Positions 16,101 to 26,900 of a stretch of 64,000 nucleotides of DNA are shown piece by piece. The stretch is taken from the IMG/VR virus record IMGVR_UViG_3300024346_000005. One strand, 5' to 3'. Each line of letters opens with the position of its first letter. Within the stretch, counting starts at the first letter, position 1. Source of the stretch: a virus. Lineage: Duplodnaviria; Caudoviricetes. The notes beneath the pieces were generated by a model. It did not search any database and was not told where the DNA came from. It was given only the letters and a program-made list of their open reading frames with translations. Position numbers and translations under genes: made by a program.

Positions 16101-19100
16101 TCTGGTGTAGGAGCAACTACATTTAATGTTTCTTTATCTAAAAAACCAGAAAAATTAACATATATTCAAAATGAGTGTGATAAATTACAATATACTACTA
16201 CTTCATTATCGGCAAAAGGTCCTATTGATAGAATTGATATTATTTCTGGTGGTTCTGGATATAAAAAACTTCCAACATTTGTAGGATCTAATTCTGCGAA
16301 CGGAAAGGATGCTTACATTACTCCAAAATCGACATCTATAGGCAATGCAAAAGAAGTAAGAATTGTCAATGAAGGATTTCAATATTCTTCAGATAAAACT
16401 TTACAACCAGTTGCATTCATATCTCCTCTAATCACAATTAAAGACTCAAATACAATTGGTATTGTTACAGTTAATAATGGCGGAAATGGATATACTGATT
16501 CCCCATCTGTAATAATTGTGAATTCTAGCACTGGAGAAAAAATTGATAGTGGAATATTGGAAGCAAAACTATCAGGAAATTCTATTGATTCTATAAGTAT
16601 TATACAGCAACCAAATGGTCTTCCAGAAACAACGGTACAATTATTCACCACCAATAACACTAATGGAATTAGTATTCAACAAGTTCAATCTTCTTCAAGT
16701 GGAATATTTACTTGCTTCATAACAACACCAACTTTAGGATTTTCTACCTTTGTACCATATCCTTTTAGTGCTAATGATCAAGTATTTGTGGAAGGAATTC
16801 AAAAATTTAGTACCGAAGGGACTGGATTTAATTCTGAAGACTATGGATACAAATTCTTCAAGATTCAGAGTATTAATACTGCTGGAGTTCTCGATTCAGT
16901 AACAATCAATATTTCTGGATTAACTACAAATACTGGTATAGCAAAAACAATTCAGGATTCTGTTGGAAATATCATAAAAAGAACCGACTATCCATCATTT
17001 ACTGTTACTCAAATTCCATCTCAATTTATTGTTGGAGAAAAACTTATTTCAAATGATACTGAGAGAGACTTAGAAATTTCTTCATATGAAAATTCATTTA
17101 TTAAAGTATCCGGAACCTATGAGTTGTCTGTTGGAGAAATTATTATAGGAAAAGAATCTGGAAATATAGCAACAATAGATAAAATTGAATCTGGTATCGG
17201 TAGATTTAAGATTGACTATTCAGTTGAAAAAAACATTGGATGGTCTAATGATATTGGTAAATTAGATCAAGATAATCAAGTTATTCCGAATAATGATTAT
17301 TATCAGAATCTTTCCTACACGGTAAAGAGTCCAATTACATATCAAGAATTAAGAACACCAGTTAATAGTTTAGTCCATACTAGTGGATTGAAGAATTTTG
17401 CAGATACTGGAATCACATCAACTACAAACTTTGGTGCTATAAATTCTGAGAATGCTACATCTATAATTTATGACATAATAGAAGAAAACCGAGTAGATAC
17501 AATTTATGATTTTGATTTAGTAAAAGATATTGATGTAGTTGGGACTTCTTCAAAGTTCTTAAAATTAAAAAATAAAAAATTAACTGATTACATTGAGTGT
17601 AGAAGTAATGTAGTTTTAAAAATAGATGACATAAATCGACAATTTTCCGACTCCGATGGAAATCCAAGTGAATTTCTCAATTTACTACAATTAAATTCTG
17701 GAGTATCTTATAACAATATACTAGTCCGGGTTTCCAGTCTTGATAATACAGAAATTCAATTAACGGAATTAGTTTTATTGAATAATGGAAGTAATCCATT
17801 TTTGGCAGAAAAATCAACTCTAGTCAATACTGGAGTAGGACTTACACATATCTCCGGAGAACCAATAGGAAAATTTATATTAATTGAAGACGATGTGGAT
17901 GATAATACTTACTTAAGATTTATTCCAAATAATCCATTCGATATTGATTATGATGTTAAACTAATTAATAGTAATTTTAATTCTCCTTTAGTAGGAATTG
18001 GGACAACTTCTGTAGGATTCATCAATTTAACCGGTTCAAATAGAACTGCGGCATCTGGAATACAAACTTCACTTGTATCCGTAGAATCTAATAAGTTTTC
18101 TTCATTGTATTTAAATGTCCAGATTGTTGGTTCAGCAACAACTCAAATGAACTTTGCTGAAGTTTATTTGAATCATAAAGAATATGTAAACTTATTATCT
18201 ACAACAATTAATTCAACTGTTGGAATTGGATCAACTGTAATTTTTGTTGCTGATACAACTGGACTTATAGTTGGTGTAAGTTCTGTAAGTGTGGTTGGCG
18301 CCGCAATTACTAACAGACCAATTGTTGCCATTGGATCTACATTTGTTCAAATCGGCACTGCATCTACATCATCAAGCATAATTGGTGTTGGCACTGTCGT
18401 CAATTTTAGTACTATCATCGATGATACTTATATCTCAGAATATTATTTTGATTCTGAATTTTCCAGCAATTATTATTCCGGTAATAATATAGGAATATTC
18501 ACGGCAAGTATTTCTCCTTCTGGAATTTTATCATTAAATTATATTAATAATTCATCAAATCCAGTAAATGTCAGGTCAAAAGTTGTTGGGTTTGGAACAA
18601 CATCTGTAGGAACTGGTGCATATAGATTTATATCTCCAGGTCAAATACCAGGAAATGAAAGAAGTGCAGTATATCAATCAACTTATTCATCCACAGTTTC
18701 TTCCGCATCAACTGTCATATCATTGGATAAATCTAATTTTAATGCAGTTAAATCTTTGGTGGAAGTCAGTGTTGGATCAACAAGTGCTCTTCATCAAATT
18801 ATGTTAATACAGGACGAAACTGACATTTATGTTCAACAGTCACCATTTCTTTCTGTTGGAAGCACAAATGGAATTGGAACTTTTGGTGGAGAATATTCTG
18901 GTAGTAATTTTATACTAAAATTCTATCCAGACACAACAATAACTTCAAAGGTTAATATTTCAGCATTTAATCAATGTTTCTATACAACTTTAGATATTCA
19001 AAATACTGCTCCGAATTTAAGTTACGGAACAGTAGAAGAATCGATTGATATTAAATTATATAATGCAATTAATGGAAGTAGAATTAATAAAACTAATTTT

Positions 19101-22100
19101 AATCTAAACTCCAATGGAATTGAAATTTTTAGAAAAAGATTTAATCCAATAAATCCATTAACTCCAGACCCATCAACGGGAATATTCACTATACAAAATC
19201 ATTTCTTTAGTAATCTAGAAAAACTTATCTATACGCCAAAATCAACATTTATTGGAGTTGGTGCCAGTGCCGTTGGAATTGGTTCAACTCTAAATTCTGT
19301 AGGTGTTGTAACTACAATACTCCCATCTGATGTTTATGTTATAAAATTATCAGATAATACATTTAAATTATCCACAAGAAAGGATTATGCTACACTAGGA
19401 ATTGGAGTTACATTTACTTCATACGGTAGTGGTAATGCACACCAACTTGAAATGGATAAAAAACTTGAAAAATCACTTATTACTATCGACAATATTGCCC
19501 AATACCCATTACAATTTACTCCAATAGCATATAATTTGCTTGGTAATGGTGGGCAAATAAGTGCAGGTTCTTCAATATTTGCCTTGAGTGGAATATCTAC
19601 AATTATTCCAAAAGATATTCTAAAAATTGATAATGAATATATGGGTATAATTAATGTTGGATTGGGAACTACTAATGTTGGACCTATTACAAATAGTGGA
19701 AATGTTAATTTAGTTGAAGTCACTAGAGCATTTGTCGGATCATCGGCAACAACTCATACAGACACTACTTCAGTAAGAATTTATAAAGGATCTTATAATA
19801 TTGTTGATAGTAATATTTTCTTTGCCGAATCTCCAAGAGGTAATCCACAAATAGAAAGAGATTCTAGTAATTTGACTTTCGAAACTTCTGATTTTACGGG
19901 AAGAGTTTTCTTGAGAAATGATTACACATCAAATCAACTGTATGATGATATTTCAAGTCAATTTACAGGTATTGGTAGAACTTTCACATTAACTGTTGGT
20001 GGGGCAAACACTGTAGGACTAGGAACCACTGGAGGAAATGGAATTTTGTTTATAAACGGTGTTTTCCAAACTCCAACAACTATTAATAATCCGCAAAATA
20101 ATTTTAGTATTATTGAAAATACTGTTTCTGGAATATCTAGCGTAGTATTCTCTGGTATTACATCTTCTGGTACTGGTACAATTATTACTTCAGATTTTGA
20201 TGTAAATCAAAATCAAACCCCCAGAGGGGGGATAATTATTTCGTTGGGTTCTTCTATTGGTCTTGGATATGCACCTCTTGTAGGGGCAGCAGTAACTGCC
20301 GTAGTTGGTGCTGGGGGCAGTATAGTATCTGTTGGACTAGGAACTACTGATAATCTTGGTTCTGGATATAATGGTGTTGTTTCGGTGGGAGTTTCCGTAT
20401 ATCAAAGTGATCATATTGGAGATACAGCAATCATAACTGCATCGGTTGGAGCGGGTGGAACTCTATCATTTACTGTCGTTGGTGGCGGAACTGGATACAC
20501 AAATCCTAAAGTATTCGTATCTGAACCATCATATGAAAATTTAAGTGTAATTGGCGTATCTAGATTGGGACTTGGGGCAACAACAAGAACTGGAATAGGT
20601 CTTTTACTCAATGTTGAAGTTGGAGCAAGTTCTGCAACTGGAATAGGATCAACATACTTTGAAGTTTCTAGATTTAGTATTTCTAGACAGGGTTACTCAT
20701 TCCGAAGAGGGGATGTATTTAAACCAGTTGGATTGGTGACTGCTAAAGGATTGGCATCTCCATTATCAGAGTTCCAGTTGACAGTAGTTGATACATTTTC
20801 AGATTCTTTTGCCGCTTGGCAGTTTGGAGAGTTTGATTATATAGATTCAGTAAAAAATTATCAGGATGGAGTTAGAACAAGATTCCCATTATTCTATAAT
20901 AATGAATTATTAAGTTTTGAATCTCTTGAGGATTCTCAGATAAATCTTTCAAATGCTCTATTAATTGTCATAAATGGAGTCATTCAAGATCCTGGAGTTG
21001 CCTATGAATTTGATGGTGGAACTAGTTTCGTGTTTACAACTGCTCCAAGACCAGAGGATAATGTTGCGATTTTCTTCTATAAGGGTACTGATGGTGACGA
21101 TGTTATTGTAAATGATACGATTAATGAAACTCTAAAAAGAGGTGATACTGTACAGGTTCTTAAAAATAATTCAATTCCCGGAACAATAACACAAGATAAG
21201 AGGACAATATTTGATTTATCATTCTCTGATAAGTTTGAGACTAATTTATATTCAAATCAAGGAGTTGATTCAGAAAATAATAAACCATTAAGTTGGATTA
21301 AACAAAAAGTTGATAGGAAAATTAACGGAGAAGATGTTTATAAAACTAGAGATTCTATTGAGTCTTTAATTTATCCAACTGCTAAAATTATCAAAGATTT
21401 TTCAACTACATCTGATGAAATATTTGTAGATAATGCAGAATTCTTTAATTATGATTTGACAGCACCAGAAAAATTTGATGCTTTAATTTTTTCTGGAGTT
21501 GCTGATCCAGTATCTGCTGGAATAACTGCAATAGTTTCTATTGCGGGAACAATTCAATCTCTATCAATTAGTAACCCTGGAAGTGGATACACTGGAGCAT
21601 CAGTTACTGTTAAGATTGCTGCACCATCAACAGTTGGCATTTTGACTTCATTACCTATGGGTGGTATTGGTATTGGGTCTACTGCAACCGCAACTATTGC
21701 AGTCTCTGCTGCAGGATCTCTAACAACTCCAATTACAATTATAAATCCCGGATTGGGTTACAGTGTTGGGAGACCACCAGAAGTTATTGTTCCACTTCCA
21801 GATCCAATATATGAAAATATTACAAATATTTCTCTAGTAAATGGATTCTCTGGAACTATTATTGGAATTGGAACCACGACAGGTAGTGGTGGAAATCCCC
21901 TAGCACTTAAGTTTACTTTAGAAGGACCTGTTGGATTTCCTCAATTGCAAACTGGATATCCAATTTATATTTTTGATACAAGAGTTGGAAAAGGAGTAAC
22001 TTCTATCAACAGTTCTAACTCTGCAGTGGTTGGAATTGGAACAACCTTTGTAGATAATATTTACTATATTCATCAAATCTCTTCTACTAGCACTACTGGA

Positions 22101-22340
22101 ATTATTACTTGTAATATACTATCAACTACATCTGTGGTTGGGTTAGCATCTACTGGAAGTATATCAAACCCCATAGGTAAATTCTCTTGGGGTAGAATGT
22201 CTGGATTTAATAGATCAAGTTCTGCAATTTCAATAGGAGTGACTGGAAATACTGTAGATGTTGGATTGTCAACTTTTGCAACAATTCAAAGAAGAGGAGT
22301 TGGTATTAGACAAACCGGAGCACTTCCAAAACTTTTATAA
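10200..22340 (+). CDS. gp7: Giant baseplate wedge initiator gp7-like protein (4046 aa, YHYH-like domain, Gly/Thr/Ser beta repeats)
   Basis: Position between gp6 and gp8; N-terminus with YQAKGTDESFRILFNILYG; GWAYDGNPIYG and DLDENNGRFGKTPEFPNG motifs. Confidence 0.75.
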   Translation: MIQTGFESRVKVQQVIENQLPNFILDESPNTAEFLKQYYISQEYQGGVVDIAENLDQYLKLDNLTPEVVVDSTILTIGITTTSNIITVSSTKGFPQTYGLLKIDDEIITYTGITTNTFTGCVRGFSGITNYHSNSNQEELVFSESISTFHSAGSSVQNLSSLFLKEFYKKIKYTFTPGLEEVDFVSNLNVGNFIKEARSFYQAKGTDESFRILFNILYGVTPLVVNLEEFLIKPSSAEFIRREIVIAERISGDPSKLVGQTIQKFNDESTSASISEVELFTRNNIQYFKISLFVGYENFSAVLGNFTITPNTKSLKNVAIGSSVISVDSTIGFAGIGTIISGINTITYTSKSINQFFGCTGITSSILSSADIRSDEIYFGYENGDLDKKVELRLTGVLSKFVQVSDTLNLDEGQKISVKNIGDLIQNPQQNKTYKEIFANSWIYNTGSRYEIENISNFTLKSPIDRSSLKIGDEVEILEKNSNVVVSSSGAYISDIISSQNRVIIYNLNFTAENGVKYDLRRKINTANSTVVPIEFGNNVILSDIQNLYTDDEYAYVASNSLPSGRDGYDGNFTYKITKDIKTSVGIGTADVIDNNYTSIVFQNPVPFITGDRIYYQPSGTPIVGLDTGDYYVQVLDPSNKIRLYSSLSFVGTDNFLTFSNSNFANQTHRFTLYSQKSGIIGAQKLLKKFPLSESIDTGTGELTIPGSVGMLINGVEVNSYKSNDKVYYGPLKSISVLNGGIDYDVINPPSISVSSGIGSTALVRPVVGGSIKKVYIDSQDYDINTIVSIGVTGGNGSGCVLEPILTKRRRDIFFDGRLTTNSGGISSTTNQLSFLTNHNLSNGELVVYNSNGNSSIGIGTTNLTLVNNATYYSKVDNNRTIRLYQSNSDYQSGINTIKFNGISAGGIHKFSTASFKNTISEIKILNGGNGYTNRELIVSSTGISTINYTISFENHGFKSGELVTYQYETSTIGISTLSQYHVLKNNDDSFRLCDAGIGGTDISNYNRKNYIKFSSTGSGYQYFSYPNISVSIQYTPVGFGTTSQQIQSLVATPIVKGNIIDAYLYESGTGYGSTIVNLERRPLITIKTGKEAKLKPIIVNGQINSVNIQYGGVDYYSTPDLVVTDLTGAGSGADLRPVITNQKITDIKIVNPGIGYSSTSTIIKVNPSGSNAILSANIRDLTVNNNLKFGDEILIETENQLQYSVCGYFENLRTSFGDSGSQVSNIIGWAYDGNPIYGAYGYSNPEDTNSTPKILTSGYTLSSSNIIDRPELPLGFFVEDYKYTNSGDLDENNGRFGKTPEFPNGVYAYFATINPTSFTSQFPYFIGNKYRSNTINENYTLNQTFDFNNSNLLRNTLPYKVSDNYAKNDFIVETNEITSQESIVESVSEGFVSSFDIINSGSDYKVNDILNFNDSGTSGGGLIARVSSIEGKDITKIDTSIETYENSIFTYNAGGEVKVTIKPYHNLSNNDFVMVSGFSTNLSKLNNSYKIGVSSYYSNVLKDIPSTSTSGLTTEIYITQLPETVSIGSSIAIGSERLSVLEVYKNLNILKVERGSTGVSHTATTQINFIPDSFIISQKIDYFESNVNDKVFFNPKQSVGIGTTPGITNKITFQFGDSNITRTVPTQGIYIENHPFKNNQQVIFASNGNGVISISTSLSTGTFDLPQNVYVTNKNKNTIGIKTTLNSSEVFFITNGSDNDKYSFESTYPQIVGKVERVKSTVSVSTSHELSSGDVISLSIEPNLSVGIGTSTGIRVKRDLITGNILINPIGFTSTGINTSTNSISINSHNLKTGDKILYSSNLVASGLSTGFYYVYRVNDNTIKLSETYLDSKTIPPTTVSIAGTGGSSQSISLINPQIESIKNNNLIFNLSDNSLAGYKFKLYYDQDYNNEFISTPSSNLFTLSDIGTIGVSTNASLAINYSESLPTKLYYNLEKSGYISTSDTEVNNYSEILFANSVYRSNYIISGVGATTFNVSLSKKPEKLTYIQNECDKLQYTTTSLSAKGPIDRIDIISGGSGYKKLPTFVGSNSANGKDAYITPKSTSIGNAKEVRIVNEGFQYSSDKTLQPVAFISPLITIKDSNTIGIVTVNNGGNGYTDSPSVIIVNSSTGEKIDSGILEAKLSGNSIDSISIIQQPNGLPETTVQLFTTNNTNGISIQQVQSSSSGIFTCFITTPTLGFSTFVPYPFSANDQVFVEGIQKFSTEGTGFNSEDYGYKFFKIQSINTAGVLDSVTINISGLTTNTGIAKTIQDSVGNIIKRTDYPSFTVTQIPSQFIVGEKLISNDTERDLEISSYENSFIKVSGTYELSVGEIIIGKESGNIATIDKIESGIGRFKIDYSVEKNIGWSNDIGKLDQDNQVIPNNDYYQNLSYTVKSPITYQELRTPVNSLVHTSGLKNFADTGITSTTNFGAINSENATSIIYDIIEENRVDTIYDFDLVKDIDVVGTSSKFLKLKNKKLTDYIECRSNVVLKIDDINRQFSDSDGNPSEFLNLLQLNSGVSYNNILVRVSSLDNTEIQLTELVLLNNGSNPFLAEKSTLVNTGVGLTHISGEPIGKFILIEDDVDDNTYLRFIPNNPFDIDYDVKLINSNFNSPLVGIGTTSVGFINLTGSNRTAASGIQTSLVSVESNKFSSLYLNVQIVGSATTQMNFAEVYLNHKEYVNLLSTTINSTVGIGSTVIFVADTTGLIVGVSSVSVVGAAITNRPIVAIGSTFVQIGTASTSSSIIGVGTVVNFSTIIDDTYISEYYFDSEFSSNYYSGNNIGIFTASISPSGILSLNYINNSSNPVNVRSKVVGFGTTSVGTGAYRFISPGQIPGNERSAVYQSTYSSTVSSASTVISLDKSNFNAVKSLVEVSVGSTSALHQIMLIQDETDIYVQQSPFLSVGSTNGIGTFGGEYSGSNFILKFYPDTTITSKVNISAFNQCFYTTLDIQNTAPNLSYGTVEESIDIKLYNAINGSRINKTNFNLNSNGIEIFRKRFNPINPLTPDPSTGIFTIQNHFFSNLEKLIYTPKSTFIGVGASAVGIGSTLNSVGVVTTILPSDVYVIKLSDNTFKLSTRKDYATLGIGVTFTSYGSGNAHQLEMDKKLEKSLITIDNIAQYPLQFTPIAYNLLGNGGQISAGSSIFALSGISTIIPKDILKIDNEYMGIINVGLGTTNVGPITNSGNVNLVEVTRAFVGSSATTHTDTTSVRIYKGSYNIVDSNIFFAESPRGNPQIERDSSNLTFETSDFTGRVFLRNDYTSNQLYDDISSQFTGIGRTFTLTVGGANTVGLGTTGGNGILFINGVFQTPTTINNPQNNFSIIENTVSGISSVVFSGITSSGTGTIITSDFDVNQNQTPRGGIIISLGSSIGLGYAPLVGAAVTAVVGAGGSIVSVGLGTTDNLGSGYNGVVSVGVSVYQSDHIGDTAIITASVGAGGTLSFTVVGGGTGYTNPKVFVSEPSYENLSVIGVSRLGLGATTRTGIGLLLNVEVGASSATGIGSTYFEVSRFSISRQGYSFRRGDVFKPVGLVTAKGLASPLSEFQLTVVDTFSDSFAAWQFGEFDYIDSVKNYQDGVRTRFPLFYNNELLSFESLEDSQINLSNALLIVINGVIQDPGVAYEFDGGTSFVFTTAPRPEDNVAIFFYKGTDGDDVIVNDTINETLKRGDTVQVLKNNSIPGTITQDKRTIFDLSFSDKFETNLYSNQGVDSENNKPLSWIKQKVDRKINGEDVYKTRDSIESLIYPTAKIIKDFSTTSDEIFVDNAEFFNYDLTAPEKFDALIFSGVADPVSAGITAIVSIAGTIQSLSISNPGSGYTGASVTVKIAAPSTVGILTSLPMGGIGIGSTATATIAVSAAGSLTTPITIINPGLGYSVGRPPEVIVPLPDPIYENITNISLVNGFSGTIIGIGTTTGSGGNPLALKFTLEGPVGFPQLQTGYPIYIFDTRVGKGVTSINSSNSAVVGIGTTFVDNIYYIHQISSTSTTGIITCNILSTTSVVGLASTGSISNPIGKFSWGRMSGFNRSSSAISIGVTGNTVDVGLSTFATIQRRGVGIRQTGALPKLL

Positions 22341-22359
22341 ATACTTAAAAAATATCAAT

Positions 22360-23919
22360 ATGGCGGCAATAGTAACGGATCAATTTAGAATATTAAATGC
22401 AAGTAATTTTATAGATTCTGTAACTGGTGGTAACGATTCTTACTATGTTTTTTTGGGTTTGGACAATCCAGTACAAGATGCATTTGGAAGAACTACTGAT
22501 TGGAACACCAATGCCCCAAATCCAACAGATAATTTGAAATATTCCTCACACTATAGAGATACATCTTTATTTGGTAAAAAAATTACATCTAGTAATATTA
22601 GAAGACTTATAAGAAAAGTTACTTGGACTTCTAATACATCATATGAGATGTATAGGCACGATTATAGCATTCAGAATCCAACACCAAATTCAAATTCAAG
22701 TAGATTATATGATTCTAATTATTATGTAATTAATAGTGATTTTAGAATTTATATTTGTATAGATAATGGTTCTTCTGGAACTAGTTTGAAAGGTGGCAAA
22801 TCCCAAGATGAGCCCACATTTACAGATTTGGAACCTTCAGCAGCGGGAACAAGTGGAGATGGTTATATTTGGAAATATCTCTTTTCAGTTTCTCCCAGTG
22901 ATATTATAAAGTTTGATTCGACAGAATATGTTGTTGTTCCTAATGATTGGAAAACATCAACAGATTCTCAAATTGTAAGTGTAAGGGAAAATGGAAATTC
23001 TGGACCTACAAATCCAAATCAAATTAAGAAAGTATATATTGCATCTGGTGGCGGTGGATATAGTGAAGTTGTAAAAACTGTTGATATTCTTGGTGATGGA
23101 GTTGGCGGCAGAGTTTCTATAAAAGTAAGTGGCGGAAAAATTACTGAAACTCAAGTTGTTGCAGGTGGTTATGGATATACTTGGGGAATTGTTGATTTAG
23201 GAAGTCTTCAACCTATAGACAGTCTTCAAAATCCAGCAAAACTAATACCAATCATTCCACCATCAAAGGGGCATGGTTACGACATTTATACCGAATTGGG
23301 AACAGATAAGGTATTGGCATATGCCAGATTTGACGATTCAACTAAAGATTTTCCAACGGACACTAAATTTGCTCAAGTTGGAATTATAAAAAATCCAACT
23401 ACATTTTCTTCGGATACTGTTGTTTTTACAGAAAATCAGTATTCATCACTATATGCAGGAATTACTACATCAATTAGTGGAAATCCAGTTATTGGAGAGG
23501 AAATTGAACAAACCAGAGCAGATGGAAAAATTGCAAAGGGATATGTAGCTTCATATGACAGTGAAACTAAAGTTTTAAAATATTTTAGGGATAGATCTTT
23601 ATATTTCGGTAGTATAAATGAAGATGAAACTGATTATAATACAGTTAGTGCAGATTCTAATGTATATGACTTCCAATCTAATGGTGGAAATATTGTAAGT
23701 GTAAATGGAACATTTACCGCATCTATAGACACGTCATTTAATGCCAATAAGGTTACGGTTGGAGGTAAAGTTATAGACTTGGGGGTAACTTTTACAGAAG
23801 GTCTTGCAAATCCTGAGATAAATAAAAAGACAGGAGATATAATTTATATTGATAATAGACCCCTGGTAACAAGAGACATTAGGCAAAAAGAAGACATTAA
23901 AATTATCCTGGAATTCTAA
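22360..23919 (+). CDS. gp8: Baseplate wedge subunit gp8
   Basis: Start MAAIVTDQFRILNA after late promoter 22336; GYIWKYLF; IIYIDNRP...DIKIILEF. Confidence 0.9.
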   Translation: MAAIVTDQFRILNASNFIDSVTGGNDSYYVFLGLDNPVQDAFGRTTDWNTNAPNPTDNLKYSSHYRDTSLFGKKITSSNIRRLIRKVTWTSNTSYEMYRHDYSIQNPTPNSNSSRLYDSNYYVINSDFRIYICIDNGSSGTSLKGGKSQDEPTFTDLEPSAAGTSGDGYIWKYLFSVSPSDIIKFDSTEYVVVPNDWKTSTDSQIVSVRENGNSGPTNPNQIKKVYIASGGGGYSEVVKTVDILGDGVGGRVSIKVSGGKITETQVVAGGYGYTWGIVDLGSLQPIDSLQNPAKLIPIIPPSKGHGYDIYTELGTDKVLAYARFDDSTKDFPTDTKFAQVGIIKNPTTFSSDTVVFTENQYSSLYAGITTSISGNPVIGEEIEQTRADGKIAKGYVASYDSETKVLKYFRDRSLYFGSINEDETDYNTVSADSNVYDFQSNGGNIVSVNGTFTASIDTSFNANKVTVGGKVIDLGVTFTEGLANPEINKKTGDIIYIDNRPLVTRDIRQKEDIKIILEF

Positions 23920-23924
23920 AAAAA

Positions 23925-26900
23925 ATGACACAGAAAACAGATTTAAACATCAGTCCATATTATGATGACTTTGATTCTGAAAGGAATTTTTATAAAGTCT
24001 TGTTTAAACCAGGATATCCAATACAGGCAAGGGAATTAACAACTCTCCAATCTATCTTGCAGGATCAGGTAAAATCTTTTGGAAGTCATATATTTAAAGA
24101 GGGATCGGTAGTTATTCCCGGAAATATTGCCTATGATGGAAATTTTAATTCTGTAAAACTTAATCCAACTAATTTTGGAGTTGATATTTCTCTTTATATT
24201 AATAATTTTATTGGTAAAAAAATAACAGGGCAAATATCAGGAACAACAGCAATAATTCAATTTGTTTCCCTCCCCGATGGAGAAAATGTAGAAGATTTAA
24301 CAATATATGTAAAATATTTGGATTCTGATAATAATTTTCAGTTTAATCCGTTTGAAGATGGAGAATCATTAATTGCAGAAGAAAATATAACTTATGGTAA
24401 TACTACCATTAATGCAGGAACTCCATTTGCATCATTAATAGCACTGAATGCAACATCCGTAGGTTCTTCTGCATCTATTGGTGATGGAGTTTATTTCATT
24501 AGAGGTTATTTTGTTAATGTATCTAAACAAACTATAATCTTAGATAATTATACAAATACGCCCTCATATAGAGTTGGACTAAAAATTGACGAATTAATTC
24601 TCAGTGCTGGAGATGACAGTTCATTGTATGACCCATCTAAGGGATTTACAAATTATGCAGCACCCGGAGCAGATAGATTTAAGATTGATTTAACTCTAAC
24701 GAAGAAATTAATATCAGACCTCAACGATACTGATTTTGTTGAACTTTTGAGAGTTGAAAATGGAAAAATTAAAATTATTGAACAAAAAAGTCAATATAAT
24801 ATAATCAAAGATTATATGGCAGAAAGAACTTATGACGAATCTGGTGATTATACTGTTGAACCTTTTAATGTATCTGTAAATAATTCTTTAAATGATAGAT
24901 TAGGTAATAATGGTTTATTTTTCAATACCGAAACAACTGAACAAAAAAACTCACCATCAGAGAACTTGATGTGTTTAAAAATATCCCCAGGAAAGGCTTA
25001 TGTAAGGGGATATGATATAGAAAAAATTTCAACAACAATTATTGATATTGATAAACCAAGAGATACGGCAAGAGTAGATAATGTAAATGTTCCTTTTGAA
25101 ATGGGAAATGTTCTAAGAGTTAATACAGTATCCGGAACTCCAAAACAAAAACTTACAATAGATTTATTGGATCAATTTGTGGGATCTGGAACCACTATCG
25201 GAAACGCAAGAGTATATAATTTTAGTTTGACCGATGCCTCTTATACCAATAATGCTACTAATTGGAATTTATATCTTTATGACATTCAGACTTACACAAC
25301 TGTCGGTTTAAATACTTCAGTAACAAGTGTAGAATTACCTGCAACATCGTTCGTAAAAGGAAAAAGTAGCGGCGCTAGTGGTTTTGCAGTTTCTGCTGGT
25401 GGAGCATCATCTACTATTAACTTAAGACAAACTTCCGGAACATTTTCAGTTGGAGAGCAGTTAATTATCAATGGGATTGATTTTCCAAGAACTATTAGAA
25501 CAGTAACTGCATATTCCACAGAAGACATTAAATCAGTAAAACAAACAACCACCGTATCCGGACTTTCAACAAATTTTACTGCAAATTGTTTTCTTGAAAG
25601 ATTTAGATTACCTAATGGTGTTTCTCAGGGAACAATTAGTGGTGGAAACACCTTAGTAAGCCCAGGAAAATTCTTCACTGGTGTAAAAGTAGGATCAATT
25701 ATTAGGTATCAAACTACAACTGGAGATGAATCATTTAATCGGGTAACTGCAGTTCCTTCTTCTGGTACATCATTAACAATTGCTGGTATCACCACAGTTT
25801 CTGGAGTATTTGACGGTGCCGTTGCAAATGGAACTTACAGTAACATACTTATGGGTGCTCCGGTCATAAGAAATGAGAATTCTGGGTTCCTATATGCACA
25901 ATTACCAGATCCTAATGTTTCTTCAGTAAATCTTTCAGATTCATCATTAACAATTTCCGAACAAATAACCGGACAAGGCACAAATGGTAGTGGAGTATTG
26001 GAATTCAATACTTCAGCAATTAGTGGAATTTCTAGTGTATTTTTTGAGTCATTTGATCAGGAAAGATATTCAATACACTATAGTGGAGGTGGTATTGGTA
26101 CGATAACTTCAGATCAATTTGTTTTGAGCGGAAATACGGTAACTATTAGTGGATTGTCTGCTTCACAATCAAATGTTGTTGTAAATACTACACTAGTTAA
26201 AAATGGAATACAAAGCAAAGTAAAAACATATAATAGAAGTCAACCTTTAAATGTAACAAGATCAAAGTATCCACAATCAGGAACTGGTATTAGTTCTTCA
26301 ATTGGAGACGGTCTTACTTATAATCAATTTTATGGACTGAGAGTTCAAGATGAGGAAATATCACTAAATTACCCAGATGTAGTAAAAATTATTTCAGTTT
26401 ACGAGTCATTCGATTCTTCTGCACCTACTTTAGATAGGATACAATTTGGTGCTAGTGCTAATGTATCAACTAATGCTATTATTGGTGAAAATATTATAGG
26501 AAACAATAGTAAAGCTGTCGCAAGAGTCGTTTCAAGTCCATCTACCAACATCCTTGGAGTAGTATACTTAAATTCAGAAAGATTTACAGATTCTGAAACA
26601 GTTACGTTTGAGGAATCAAACATAACCACAGAAATTGAAGCAATAACTCCTGGAAAGTATAAAGATATTACAAATTCATATAGACTTGACAAAGGGCAAA
26701 AAGATCAATATTATGATTATTCCAGAATCGTCCGGAATAAGGGAACTACAGAACCATCAAAACAACTTTTAGTTGTGTTTGATTATTATTCAGTTCCTTC
26801 TAATGATGGTGGTGATGTATTTACTGTATTAAGTTATGATAAAGAACGATTTACACATGATGTCCCTTTCATTGGACCAAGATCTGTAAGATCTTCAGAT

